From: Myxococcota bacterium
GTDB taxonomy: Bacteria; Myxococcota_A; SURF-8
Assembly (NCBI GenBank): GCA_965140415.1
Contig: OZ223209.1
Span: 2,720,001 to 2,784,000 of the forward strand
Reading direction: 5' to 3'
Length of the DNA stretch: 64,000 nt
In this document: positions 38,643-50,057 of the stretch, piece after piece
Numbering within the stretch: the first letter of the stretch is position 1
Layout: every line of letters starts with the position of its first letter
Position numbers and translations under genes: made by a program
Notes under the pieces: generated by a model
Seen by the model: the letters and a program-made list of their open reading frames with translations, nothing else
The model's database searches: none
What the model was told of the DNA's origin: nothing

Positions 38643-41600
38643 TATCCAGCACTTCTCGCACCTTCTTGGCAAGAGCTTGAGGCGTGTACGGCTTACCGAT
38701 GAAGTTCAGACCTTCGTCCAACACACCGTGATGGGCGATCACGTTTTCCGTGTAACCGGAAGTAAACAATACCGTAAGGCTCGGATGCTCGGCCTTGAGC
38801 TTATCTGCCAATTCCTTCCCGTTCATCTTCGGCATGATGATATCTGTCATTAACAAATCGACAGTCAGATTTTCCTTTTTGAACAGCGTGAGTGCATCGA
38901 TGCCGGATTCAGCACAATGGACCTTATAACCTTGTCGGTCCAAGACTTTGGCGGCGATGTTTCTTACCAGACGTTCGTCCTCGACGACCAGCACCGTTTC
39001 CGTGCCTCTGGGTAAATCGTCAAACGTTACGATTCTGTTAATGCTTTCCGCTTTGGCTTCGATTCTTGGGAAGTACACTTTAAAAGTAGTTCCTTCACCC
39101 GGCTCGGAATAGACTTCTATGTGACCGTTGTTTTGTTTGACAGCACCATAAACCGTCGCTAATCCAAGTCCGGTGCCTTTATCTTTTGGTTTTGTCGTGA
39201 AGAAGGGTTCGAACAATCTGGAACGAACATCTTCCGCCATGCCGATGCCATCGTCGGACACGGCCAACATCACATACTCGCCGGGTGTTACATTTGCTCG
39301 TGTGCTGCAGTAAGTTTCGTCCAGGATCACGGAATCTGTTTCCAATGTTAAATTGCCACCGTCTATCATGGCGTCACGAGCATTGACAGCCAGATTGATA
39401 AGAATCTGCTCCAGCTGTCCCTGGTCGACTTTTACCTGCCCTAGCATCTTTTCTGGTCGGAACTTCAGGTTGATATCCTCACCGATTATCCGCCTCAGCA
39501 TTTTGAAGGAGTGATCGATGACACGGTTAAGATCAAGCACCTTTGGACTGATCAACTGTTTTCTTGAGAATGCCAGAAGCTGTTGGGTGAGGTGGGCGGC
39601 GCTGTCCGCAGCCTGATTGATTTGTTCCAAAGTATCCCTCAATGGATCATCGTTGGGAAGGTCCATCAAAGTCAAAGCTACATTACCAGTGATACCTGTC
39701 AACAGATTGTTGAAATCGTGCGCCACTCCGCCTGCCAGACGTCCGATAGATTCCATTTTCTGCGATTGCAGCAACTGATCTTGAAGCCGGGTTCTTTCCG
39801 CCTCATGTCGTTTGCGATCGCTGATATCGCGCGCCACTCCCCAAAGATAGACAGGACTGCCATCATCCCCGGTTACCGCATAGGATTGAAGTTCGACAGG
39901 GAAGATTTCGCCGTTCTTTCGTTGGTATTCTTTCTCGTAGGTTTCGGAATAGCCCTTCTGAAGCAGACGTTTTTTCCATATTTCGTCGTTTTCCCACTCG
40001 CGCCATCGTTCAGGCGTAATTTCATAGAAATCCTTCAAAGCTCGAAGTTCTTCGAGAGTATATCCCAACATTTTGCAGAATGCCTGGTTGGCATCGATAA
40101 ACGCCCCCTTTTTGTCAACCATGACGAAACCATCGCGGCTGCCTTCGAAGATCTCTCGATAACGCTCCTCCGTTTGACGAATAAGCGCCAGGTTCCTGCT
40201 ATTGTTCAGGGCCATAGCCGCTAGTTGCCCCAAGGCAGCGGCGATACGCTTGTTCTCCTCGGAAAAATCTCCGTCTTTATTTGCCAATCCCATAATGCCA
40301 ACGACCACACCTTTTATCGTCAAGGGGGCAAACATTACGTTTCGTAAATCGACATGCCCCGATGGCATGAAATTCACCCACTCGCTATTCATGAAATCAT
40401 TGTCGCAGACGCACTCACCGCTTCGATAGGCCTCGGCCCGTAACCCACGGATCGGCATGGGTAGACTTTCATCCACCGTGCAGGGCATTCCTCCCGCCTC
40501 GAGAAAGAGTACTTCGTTCTCCGCACCGTCTTCGCTCAACAGGGCCACGTAGCCTGATTGCGCACCAGTAAGATTACGAGCGATGTCGAATATTTTCCTT
40601 GCCGTGATTTCGAATGCGTTGTTTTCGAGGACATGTTTTGCCGCTTCTAACAATAACTCCAGTTCGTTGGATCGAGCTTGTTCCACGTTCAGAGCTCGTT
40701 CGCGCTCTTCTTCCGCTCTTTTCTTATCCGTGATATCTTGACCGACACCCTGAATATATGTGATGGTTTGGTTTTCGTCGAAAAAAGCCCGGTTGATCCA
40801 TGATTGCCAGCGAACTTCCCCTTCCTGATCGACTAGTTGCTGTTCGTGAGTCATCATAGGCTGTTCTGGTGAAACTCCCTTCAATCCATCGTGAAGCTGT
40901 TTGGTCATTTCTTCTGGTAGAAAGGAAAACAGGTTTTTCCCTGCAAGATCTTCTGCGTTCATTCCAGTGAATTCAGCCAGGTGAGAATTGACATAGGTAA
41001 GGGTGCCATCCGGCTTGAAAACGGAAATGTACACCGGCATATCCTCCGACAACCGCCGGTAGCGTTGCTCGCTTTCTTTTCGAAGTTCCTCCTCCGTGAT
41101 CTGTTCAGTGATATCGCTGACGGTGATCAGAAGCTTTCGATTCTTCGGATGATCCGTTTCTTCGTCCAACTGATTCGATGACAGGGTTTCCAGACGTGTT
41201 ATAAGCGGATCTCTCCGCCCCGCCTTGAAACGCACCACCAGGCTTTTCCCATCAGGATTTTTTATCAAACTGCTATAACGCGCCCGGAAAATCGACTGAT
41301 CCTCCGAAACCAGATAGTCGGCAAAAGCCTTATCGAGCAGGTCGGTTTTGTCTTTGTTGAGCATCCCGGCAAATGCACTGCTGACTTCTTTGATCAATCC
41401 GCCCGATTCCAAAACCACGTATCCGATGGGAGCGTAGTGAAAGAGGTTTGTATACTTTTGCCGGGTTCGTTCCAGTTCTTCCTGGGTCCGTCGCAATTCC
41501 TCATTCTGTAGTTCAAGCTCGATTTCATGGATCTGCAGTTCTTGAAGAACATTCCGAAGTTCTTTGGGATCCATATTCTCGAAGCGATTCGAACGAGGTT

Positions 41601-41658
41601 CAGCCAGCCGCTCTGCTCGCTTTCTCAAATCTTCATTTTTCTTTTCTTCATATGTCAT
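38638..41658 (-). CDS. PAS/GAF hybrid histidine kinase/receiver
   Basis: ELQIHEIELELQNEEL coiled coil, [23 protein letters not shown]. Confidence 0.95.
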   Translation of the reverse strand: MTYEEKKNEDLRKRAERLAEPRSNRFENMDPKELRNVLQELQIHEIELELQNEELRRTQEELERTRQKYTNLFHYAPIGYVVLESGGLIKEVSSAFAGMLNKDKTDLLDKAFADYLVSEDQSIFRARYSSLIKNPDGKSLVVRFKAGRRDPLITRLETLSSNQLDEETDHPKNRKLLITVSDITEQITEEELRKESEQRYRRLSEDMPVYISVFKPDGTLTYVNSHLAEFTGMNAEDLAGKNLFSFLPEEMTKQLHDGLKGVSPEQPMMTHEQQLVDQEGEVRWQSWINRAFFDENQTITYIQGVGQDITDKKRAEEERERALNVEQARSNELELLLEAAKHVLENNAFEITARKIFDIARNLTGAQSGYVALLSEDGAENEVLFLEAGGMPCTVDESLPMPIRGLRAEAYRSGECVCDNDFMNSEWVNFMPSGHVDLRNVMFAPLTIKGVVVGIMGLANKDGDFSEENKRIAAALGQLAAMALNNSRNLALIRQTEERYREIFEGSRDGFVMVDKKGAFIDANQAFCKMLGYTLEELRALKDFYEITPERWREWENDEIWKKRLLQKGYSETYEKEYQRKNGEIFPVELQSYAVTGDDGSPVYLWGVARDISDRKRHEAERTRLQDQLLQSQKMESIGRLAGGVAHDFNNLLTGITGNVALTLMDLPNDDPLRDTLEQINQAADSAAHLTQQLLAFSRKQLISPKVLDLNRVIDHSFKMLRRIIGEDINLKFRPEKMLGQVKVDQGQLEQILINLAVNARDAMIDGGNLTLETDSVILDETYCSTRANVTPGEYVMLAVSDDGIGMAEDVRSRLFEPFFTTKPKDKGTGLGLATVYGAVKQNNGHIEVYSEPGEGTTFKVYFPRIEAKAESINRIVTFDDLPRGTETVLVVEDERLVRNIAAKVLDRQGYKVHCAESGIDALTLFKKENLTVDLLMTDIIMPKMNGKELADKLKAEHPSLTVLFTSGYTENVIAHHGVLDEGLNFIGKPYTPQALAKKVREVLDR

Positions 41659-41691
41659 GACAAACCATTTCCCTCAGATAATGAAGAAGCA

Positions 41692-44600
41692 TTACTTCTC
41701 TTCTTTCAACTGCTTGACCGTCCCCATCAGACGGGCCGGAGCCCCATCCGCCGTTCGTTCGATAATCCGGCCTTCATCGCTCAGTGTCACATAGTCGCCC
41801 TTCTTCGCTTTCAGTCTGTAGACAGCAACGTAGGACGTCTTGCGCCCCTCCAGATGATCCCGCATGGAATCCATGGTCTTGTCGAAATCATCCGGATGAA
41901 TGCGCGAGGTCCAGAATTCGACATCCTCTCCAACCTCCTCGGGGTCGTAGCCGATCACTTCGGCCTTGCGATGGCTTGCCACGACCTTTCCATTCACGAC
42001 GTCCCAGTCCCACCAGGCCAGGCCAGCAGCCTGGAAAGCGAAGTCCAGGCGATCATTACTCGCTTTGATCTTTCGCTCACTAAGTATCCGCTCGGTGATA
42101 TCTTCAAAGGTTGTGTAGACTTGATATGGCGCATCATCACCCTCCTTGAATTCTGGGATGGCGTTGACCATGATCCATCGCATCTGGTCAAGATTGGGGT
42201 TGAAAACACCCATGATGAAACCCGAAACCGGTTGACCCGTCGTCAGGGCCACCATCGAGGGATGCTGATCCCCGGGCAGGTCACTTCCGTCTTCCTTAAC
42301 CGCTTTCCAGCGCAGATCCATCGATGTCCGACCTGCCATCTGATCGATGGTCAAGCCAAGAATTCTCTCGGCGGAAGGGTTGGCGGAGATGATCTTGCCG
42401 TCCGCCGCCTGGTACACGACACCTTGAGCCATCGTCTCGAAGAGGTTCCTGTATTTTGCTTCATTGGCCTTCAAGTTCAGTTCCATGCGTTTGCGATCGG
42501 ACGTGTCCTCGAAGCTGACCGCCAGCCGGTCATTGGGCAGACAGAAGGCATGAATACGGAAGCATCCGGTGAGGCGATCGTCTTCGTAATAAACATCTTC
42601 ACCGTAATAACTCTCTCCGGTTTCCAGCACCTTCAAGAAGCTCTGCGCGATCCCGCTCTTTCGCGCCTCCGGCCAGATAAGGTCGAAGCTTTTTCCCTTC
42701 CATTCATCAGACTTGATGCCGGTCAATTTCTCGGCTTCCGGATTGCCCGATTCGAAAATCAGGTCGTCGTTCTCATCTTTGCGATAGATGAAAAGACCGG
42801 CTGGCATATGCTGAATGATGTCTTCCGATTGCCGTCGGCTCTCACGCAGGTGTTCCTGTGTCCTGGTCAATTCTGAGATATCAACAAAAGTCAGTACGAC
42901 GCCGGAGAACGTCTTGGGACCGATGTGATAAGGCAGAATGCGCATCAGGTAGGTGCTTCCATCCTCCGCCAGCACATCCTTCTCGAAAGTCTTATTGCTT
43001 TCTCGAACCTTTCGGATCTCTTTGGCCGGATCGAAATCAACCAGGCGATGAGCAAGGTGCGTGATAGGGCGTCCGATATCCTTTTCCATGATGCGGAACA
43101 CCCGTCCGACCTCCGGGGAATACTTCCGAATTTCCAGATCCTCATCGAGCAGCAGCGTACCGATACGCGAATGGGTCAACAGGTTGTCCACATCATTATT
43201 CAATTCAGTCAGTTCATTGATCTTGTTCTGATACTCGGAGTTGACGGTATAGAGTTCTTCATTAGTGCTCTGCAGCTCTTCGTTGGTGCTCTGCAATTCT
43301 TCATTGCTCGCGAGCAGTTCTTCGTTGGTCGCCTGCAGTTCCTCGTTGGCTGTTTCCAGTTCTTCGATCGTGGCCTGCAGATTCTCGCGTGTGAATTGAA
43401 GATCCTGTTCCAAATCCCGGATGCGTTGTTGTGCCTCTTCGCTCAGGTCATAACTCGCAGCAATGTCTTCCTTGTCTTTTTCTTTTTCTCGTTTGATTTC
43501 TTCGAGAAAGACCGCTACCAGCGTTTCGTGCCCCTTTTTCTCCGGAAGGGGAATGATCTGCATGTGGACGCTTCGGGTTTCGTTCATATCGCGCAAGAGG
43601 ATGTTGGTGTAAGTAATCTTCTGTTTGCTACGGAAAACCTTTTGAATTCCGGTGGCCAGAGGAATCGCCAGATCCTTGGTTACCATTTTCGAGATATCAT
43701 AGACAGCGCGACCGGAGGGCAGTTTGAAATACCCCCCCGAATCGCCGATGGTATGCAGGATCTCCATGTTCTCGTTGACGACGATTGCCAACGGCACGAA
43801 GTTCTCCGAGAGAAGGTCCAACAGACGATTGATCACCCAGTATTCTTCACTGTTGGCAAAACGCCGCTGATACATGCCGGTCTGACCCGGAATGCGATAG
43901 TGGCGCTGCTCCCTGGGTTCGGCAGAGATGACCTGTCCGGAAGCCTGGGCCTTGCCCTTGGATTTGTATATTTTGTGTTTCTGATGCAGGGTTTCAAAGT
44001 ACTGTTGCATCTCTCCTACGGTTTCACTGGTCCCCAGAAAAAGCACTCCCTCGGCACTGAGAGAGAAATTGAACATTTCGAGGGCTTTCTGCTGCAAAAC
44101 CGGCTGAAGGTAGATCAAAAGGTTGCGACAGCTGACCAGATCGATGTTAGTGAAGGGGGGATCTTTGACCAGATTGTGTTGCGCAAAGACCACCATTTCC
44201 CTCACATGCCGGGCAATCTGAAAATTATCTTCCTTGCGGTAGAAGTACTTGCCGAGAAGTTTCGGCGTCAAATCCGCAGCGATGCTTTCAGGATACAGAC
44301 CCGCTCCGGCTGTGAGGATGGCGTTTTTGTCGATGTCCGTCGCAAAGATTTTTATATCGCGACTGATCCCCAGCTTTTCCATTGCCTCCCTGGCAAGGAT
44401 AGCAAGCGTATAGGCTTCTTCTCCCGTTGAACAGCCGGCCACCCAGAAACGGATTTCCCGGTTTGTAGAGCGTCCAAGGACACTCGGTAGCTGCTTCTCT
44501 TCCAGATATCTCATTGCTTCGGGATCACGGAAAAAGCTGGTGACACCGATGAGCAGCTCACGATAGAGGGTGATGACCTCCCCCGGATAATTCATGATGT

Positions 44601-45404
44601 AGCTGACGTAATCTTCGATATCCTTGATCTGGTTGATGGTCATTCGACGTTCCAAGCGCCGGATGATGGTACTGGGTTTGTAGAAGGTGAAGTCAACTTT
44701 CGTCTTTTCGCGCAACTCGGCGAAAATCCGTGTCATGCTGTCTTCATCCTTCAGCAGCTTTTCGGAGCGCTTTTGACGCGATTCATAGGGATGCTTGACA
44801 AAGGCCAGTAGTTGTTCGGGCATTTCCTCCGGAGGGAGGATAAAATCCGCCACGCCGGTCGAAATGGCCGCACGGGGCATGCCGTCGAACTTGGCGCTCT
44901 CTTCATCCTGCACCATGACCATTCCGCCGAATTCCTTGACCGCGCGCACACCCCGCGTCCCATCGCTACCCGTACCTGAAAGAACGATAGCAACCGCTCG
45001 TTCTGCTTGATCCTCCGCCAGTGAACGCAAGAAGATATCGATTGGAAGGTTAATTCCCGCAGTGGGTTCCTGTTCCTTCAGAAGAAGTTTGCCATGAAAA
45101 ATGGTCAGGTTCGTTTTCGGTGGTATGAGGTAGACGTGATCCCCTTGAACTACCATTCCTTCTTCGGCCCTCAAGACTCTCATTTGAGTCTTCTTGGAAA
45201 GGAGCTCGACCATCAGGCTCTTGTAGTCCGGGGATAAATGTTGAATGACGATAAAGGCCAAGCCGCTCTCCGGCGGCATGCTTTTGAAAAAAGCCTCTAT
45301 TGCTTCAAGGCCACCTGCGCTAGCGCCGACGCCGACATAGTGGGAAGGTCGATCATCCGGTTGATTCTGCTTGTCTTGGCTTGATCCGTTTTCTTTTCAC
45401 TCAT
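41692..45404 (-). CDS. CheB/CheR fusion with PAS domains; apparent 1-nt frameshift near 45395
   Basis: VGVGASAGG (upstream of the tracked ORF start), [38 protein letters not shown] repeats. Confidence 0.9.
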
Positions 45405-45982
45405 TCCTGATCCTTCCTGTCGGAGTCGATAATTTCCATGATACTGATTCGGAAATACGGATTCGATTCGAATTGAAACCCTTCATGCGAACTCAAGCCA
45501 TAATTGGCGGCCTGCAGCCTTACCCAGGGACCAGGCAGTTTGTCCACGAGAAGTTGAATACTTATGCTTTCCGATAAACCGGTTTTCACCAGACGCTTGA
45601 GCCAACTCACGTACTTGGATTGGCTGTCTTCTGAAACCAGGGGGAAGAAATGCTTACCCAGGATTTCGACCAGATCCTTGTGAACCAGACGGGTGAATTC
45701 GAGATTGGCCCGTTGAATGGCTCCATCCGAGTCGACCACCAGATAACCGATGGGGGCGAAATGAAAGAGATCAAAGTATTCGGCCCGTGATTTCTGCAAT
45801 TCTTCATGGGCGCAGCGCAGCTCCTCATTTTGCAATTCCAACTCGATCTGATGGACGCGAAGTTCATGTATTACCCGAATCAGCTCTTCGCTCTCCATCT
45901 TTTCGATATCGATGTTTTCCTCGGTGAGCAGAGCTTCCGCCTGCCCTCGGAGCGCTTCCAGACCACAGTTTTCATTGCTCAT
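45401..45982 (-). CDS. PAS-domain protein
   Basis: HELRVHQIELELQNEEL followed by YFDLFHFAPIGY PAS; start uncertain (tracked ORF extends to 46087). Confidence 0.75.
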   Translation of the reverse strand: MSNENCGLEALRGQAEALLTEENIDIEKMESEELIRVIHELRVHQIELELQNEELRCAHEELQKSRAEYFDLFHFAPIGYLVVDSDGAIQRANLEFTRLVHKDLVEILGKHFFPLVSEDSQSKYVSWLKRLVKTGLSESISIQLLVDKLPGPWVRLQAANYGLSSHEGFQFESNPYFRISIMEIIDSDRKDQE

Positions 45983-46163
45983 TTGATAAATCCTCCGATG
46001 GTCGGATTCGGTTCTGAAATCCGATTCACGCCAGCCATCGCGGCGCAACTTAGCCGGTATGCCTGTCACTTTTTCATACTTCTTCACCTATAAAGTATAC
46101 GGCAAACGAGCAGAAAACATTATACAATTAATTTACACAGACTGGCTATGTAATACCTGTGTA

Positions 46164-47468
46164 TTAGAGAGACTTCAGGTAGGTCACGAGATTCGTCGAC
46201 TGGCCGACAAGGCCCAGCTTTTTCCGGATATTCATCCGGTGGCTGTCGACGCCACGACTGCCGATGTTCAACAAGTGACTGATTTCTTTAGAAGAAAGTC
46301 CCTGTTTGATCATCTCGCAAATCTGAATTTCTCTTGGGGTGAGGCCCAGTTCGGGTCTGGTGAACTTTGAGGAATTTTCTGAAAGCAGATCCCGCAAACT
46401 GCGCTCCAGCAGGCGTTCGTATTCCGCTCGGTGTTTACCTTCCGCCAGCGACAAGGCGGAAACCAGAGGAAGAACGATCTCTTCTATATTGTTGGAGATT
46501 CTACGTTGTAGCGATTTTGATTCCCTCTTTGAGTGGGCGACAAGCTCTGACAGAGCAACGTTCTTCCGCTCCAGAAGGAAGTTCTGTTCCTCGATTTCTC
46601 TTCGTTTCAGAATAAGCTCTCGTTCCAGTTGCTTCTGCTCGGTGATATCCTGGTGGACTCCGATCATTCGAACGGCTTCGCCTTCCCCCGTGCGCTCGAC
46701 AACCCTGGCGCTGGCTCGCATCCAGCGATATTCCCTGTTTTTCGTTCGCAATCGGAATTCATTCTCGTAGGTATCGGGCTTTGTTTTCAGGTATTCCATG
46801 GCGACCGAAAGGGCGCGGTCCAGATCTTTCGGGTGAATCAGCGCTTTCCAATTCTCGAAATCAGCGGGGAACTCGTCCGGCTCATACCCAAGCATACTGT
46901 AGTATCGGGGGCTGAATTGAAGCTCATCGGTGACAAAATTCCATTTCCAAATGCCATTGGTTGTGGCTTCGAGAGTCAGTTCCAATTCGTGCTGATGAAA
47001 GCTTGCTTCCTGCTGAATCTTAACCAGTCTGGTGATTTCCGTGTGCGATCCAAGCATGCGCACAGGATCGCCTTTCTCATCTGCGAATACGGATCCCTGA
47101 GCCAGAATATTCCGGTACGAACCGTCCTTATGGCGGAAACGGAAGCGCGCTTCAAAGTCCGAAGCCACATTGCGGATGTTCTCCTCTACCATCGCAACGA
47201 CCGCTTCCTGATCATCCGGATGAACTCGGCTTTGCCATTCTGCTAGATCGTTGCCGATTTCTTCCGGTTCGTAGCCGATTTGCCGCTTCCATTCGTCGGA
47301 GTATGACACCTTGTTTGATTTCAGATCCCAGTCCCACAAGCCGACTCCGCTGGCTTTGACCGCCTCCATCTCGCGTAAATAAGCTTCACGCTCGATCTCC
47401 TCGATACGCTTTCGAGCAAACTCCAACTCATCGATCAATTGAGCCTTGGTCTTTTCATGGTCCGCCAT
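46164..47468 (-). CDS. PAS-PAS-LuxR transcriptional regulator
   Basis: Two GxWxW PAS_3 domains; LTPREIQICEMIKQGLSSKEI...HRMNIRKKL. Confidence 0.9.
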   Translation of the reverse strand: MADHEKTKAQLIDELEFARKRIEEIEREAYLREMEAVKASGVGLWDWDLKSNKVSYSDEWKRQIGYEPEEIGNDLAEWQSRVHPDDQEAVVAMVEENIRNVASDFEARFRFRHKDGSYRNILAQGSVFADEKGDPVRMLGSHTEITRLVKIQQEASFHQHELELTLEATTNGIWKWNFVTDELQFSPRYYSMLGYEPDEFPADFENWKALIHPKDLDRALSVAMEYLKTKPDTYENEFRLRTKNREYRWMRASARVVERTGEGEAVRMIGVHQDITEQKQLERELILKRREIEEQNFLLERKNVALSELVAHSKRESKSLQRRISNNIEEIVLPLVSALSLAEGKHRAEYERLLERSLRDLLSENSSKFTRPELGLTPREIQICEMIKQGLSSKEISHLLNIGSRGVDSHRMNIRKKLGLVGQSTNLVTYLKSL

Positions 47469-47652
47469 GGTAGCCCCAATGCCATACTGCTCTGAAAATA
47501 CAGCACATATACCTTCTCTCACAATAATTGCGCAGTGTACAATGATGTCAGATAAAAGGCGAGGAAAAGAAGAAAAGTAGATTTGAGATTCAGAGAGTAT
47601 TCGGTCAGCTAAAAGGAAGAGGCTAGCACCTCTTCCCGGGAACAGCGTTCCC

Positions 47653-48519
47653 TTAAACAATCCTTTCGGCGACACCTTCCACATAACCCCATTCTCCCAG
47701 CACCTGCAGAACCGACCAGGGATCGAACGCCCGGCCATCACCGCCGAGGACACCATCAAGGATGACCCAGAACTCGTCCAGGTCACCCTGCCAGTCCTCG
47801 ATGGCTTCGAGCAACTCCGCCGCCTGGTCGGGATTCAGGCCGACGAGTTGCAGTTCGGCGAGGATGTCGTCATCGGACGGCGAGTTGCCGGTGTGTTCGC
47901 TGAATCGACGATCAAGACCGAAGCCGAGATCGAATCCTTCATCCGGCCAGACCAGTCCCCAAGGCGCGGCGGGTGCGTTGACCTTGTCACGCAGTTCCCT
48001 TTCCAACGCCTCGTCCTGTTCCACGTTGGCCAGAAAACCGACCTTGATCTGGTCGACGGTGATGCGCCACGGTGAGTACAGGTCCAACCGAACGCGGAAG
48101 TGTCCGGCCTTGTTCGTCACAATGCTGACGAGCCAGTCGCCGTTGTCCATCTGTTCGATGGTGTCTGCATCCTCCGACGACCAGAAGCAGTTCATGTCGG
48201 CGTGGCTGTGCGCCCAGCAGCGAAGGTCGGACACGTCGTGCCCCGCTTTGACCAACTCGGTCATCAGCGCACCCATCGACTCGCGGTCGGGTGAGGTGTG
48301 GCTGTCGGTGCATGTCTGCTCCGGCAGGAAGAAGGCTTTCACGATGATAGCGCTGCTGTCGGGATCGAGTTCAGTCACCCCGAAGCAGGAAAATTCACCA
48401 CGTGCCGCCTGCGTCCAGACGCGCAACTGCTTCTCTGCTTCAGCCGACAGCAAAACCTTCGGCACACGGTTCGCCAGTTTCCGCTTCGTCTCCGTCGGTT
48501 CCATCTTCCTGCTCGTCAT
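47653..48519 (-). CDS. JAB/JAMM metallopeptidase
   Basis: GEFSCFG, LPEQ, CWAHSHADMNCFWSSED (E...HxH...SxxD); start at 48519 or 48504. Confidence 0.88.
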   Translation of the reverse strand: MTSRKMEPTETKRKLANRVPKVLLSAEAEKQLRVWTQAARGEFSCFGVTELDPDSSAIIVKAFFLPEQTCTDSHTSPDRESMGALMTELVKAGHDVSDLRCWAHSHADMNCFWSSEDADTIEQMDNGDWLVSIVTNKAGHFRVRLDLYSPWRITVDQIKVGFLANVEQDEALERELRDKVNAPAAPWGLVWPDEGFDLGFGLDRRFSEHTGNSPSDDDILAELQLVGLNPDQAAELLEAIEDWQGDLDEFWVILDGVLGGDGRAFDPWSVLQVLGEWGYVEGVAERIV

Positions 48520-49987
48520 CGTCTTTTTCATCTTCATCAACCCAGGCGCAGCATTCGGATCGGTGCTCGCAGTCCGGGCATTCGGGTTCATTTCGTTCAC
48601 GGCAATCCTCCTCGTTTTCGGGGTGTAAGGCGCACCATTCGCGGTGGCATTGCAGACATTCATACGGCCCGCCGTCGTTGCGGCAATCGTCGCGCACATC
48701 ATCAAGATACGGACAGCGCGAATCCCCGCAGTCCAGGCACTCGCTGGGGGAGCTGTTTTCGTTGCAGCGCTCCCACCGGCTGTCCCAGTGCGGGCAATCG
48801 CGGTCGTTGCATTCGATGCAGCTGGCCTCTCCCGCATCCAGACAGTCGTCGTATTCATCACGATCTTCGTCGAACCATTGAACGTACGGGTCCAGCGGGT
48901 TGTAGCTGGTGATGTATTCGTCGAGCAAGAGTAGCAGCGTTCCCCATTCGCGCTGGGCCATGAGTTTGTTTACGTCATCGCCGATGTTGCCCAAACACGG
49001 GCTGCCCTGCGTGGAAATGTGCGGATGGAAGTAATCTCCGCGCCATTCGTTGTTGCCGACGGCTTCAAACTTAATCAGTTCTTTGCCGGTCAGCTCGATG
49101 CGGCAACGGATGTCACCAAGCTCCGATGTCTCGCCTGAATCCGGATCTTCGATCTGCACATCGGTATGCACGGCCACGAGTTCCGTGTCGCTGATGCTGA
49201 TGGACTGGAATCGTTCACCGACGAGGGACTGCAGCTGCTGGCTGATGCGCTTGACTGCTGCTTCCGTCCGCCCGCATTTCTCGTTGACGGCCAGGCGGAG
49301 CAATCTTTCCTGCTCCCTTTGCTGTGTCAGCGTGGCAATCAGGCGATTGTACTGCCGGGATAACTCCTGCATATTGCTTTCGTTGTCGCGGATGTCCTGC
49401 TGAGTGCGTTCCAAACTCTGGCGGGAGAGCGCGCTGTAGAAGCTGCCAAAGCGGCGTACCGTCTCGACCGGGTTGGGTGTCTGCATGGCATTCCGGCAAG
49501 CCCAGTCGAAGCCGTCCTTGAAGATGTGTGTCAGCAGGGAGCGCTTGGCTCCGAAGGTGACCTCCAGACCATTCTGAAACCTGATGCTGTTTTCATCGAT
49601 GCGACCGATGTACAACGTCGAGCCGTCCAGCGTCCACGCGCCATGTACGTACGGCACCTGGAGTTCGGGGCCGTGCTCCATCGGAAGCCAGCGCTTGCGG
49701 TCTTCGTTTAGCAGCTTGCGCCGCTCACCGGTCACCGCCGCGTTTACCGGCGCCAGGTAGAAGCGGAAATCATCGTCGATGTCGTTCAGCGTGACCAGCG
49801 CGGTCACCTCGCATTCCCGGCTGGTGATGATCGTCGCCACGGGGCCGAGCGTGTACGCCGCATCCGAGCGATCATCTTCCTTCACCTGGACGATGGGACG
49901 CTGATCGGCAGGGTAGTCGAGCAGCCACTCCTGCATGAGTGCCCGAAGGATCTCCGGGATGCGGGTGGTATCGTTAAGCGTGTCCAT
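48440..49987 (-). CDS. Large E2 (UBC-fold)-like protein with coiled coil and Cys-rich acidic tail
   Basis: YFHPHISTQGSPCLGN matches the E2 HPN...G.xCL signature; lies between Ubl and JAB; RBS AGGAGG. Confidence 0.7.
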   Translation of the reverse strand: MDTLNDTTRIPEILRALMQEWLLDYPADQRPIVQVKEDDRSDAAYTLGPVATIITSRECEVTALVTLNDIDDDFRFYLAPVNAAVTGERRKLLNEDRKRWLPMEHGPELQVPYVHGAWTLDGSTLYIGRIDENSIRFQNGLEVTFGAKRSLLTHIFKDGFDWACRNAMQTPNPVETVRRFGSFYSALSRQSLERTQQDIRDNESNMQELSRQYNRLIATLTQQREQERLLRLAVNEKCGRTEAAVKRISQQLQSLVGERFQSISISDTELVAVHTDVQIEDPDSGETSELGDIRCRIELTGKELIKFEAVGNNEWRGDYFHPHISTQGSPCLGNIGDDVNKLMAQREWGTLLLLLDEYITSYNPLDPYVQWFDEDRDEYDDCLDAGEASCIECNDRDCPHWDSRWERCNENSSPSECLDCGDSRCPYLDDVRDDCRNDGGPYECLQCHREWCALHPENEEDCRERNEPECPDCEHRSECCAWVDEDEKDDDEQEDGTDGDEAETGEPCAEGFAVG

Positions 49988-50057
49988 AATACCTCCTGAT
50001 AAAAAGCGAACGGCGGAAGGTTTCCCCTCCGCCGCTCTGGTCCTGACCTCCTTTCGG

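Noticed and set aside
41527-44430. Long plus-strand ORFs (449 aa, 501 aa), and similar ones at 19099-20028, 23978-25153 and 27955-28962
   Set aside because: Antisense shadows of well-supported genes, with no motifs of their own.
48520-48861. N-terminal 114 aa of the tracked 402-aa JAB ORF
   Set aside because: Ala/Thr-rich alternate frame of the E2 Cys-rich tail; JAB-like sequence starts near 48519-48504.
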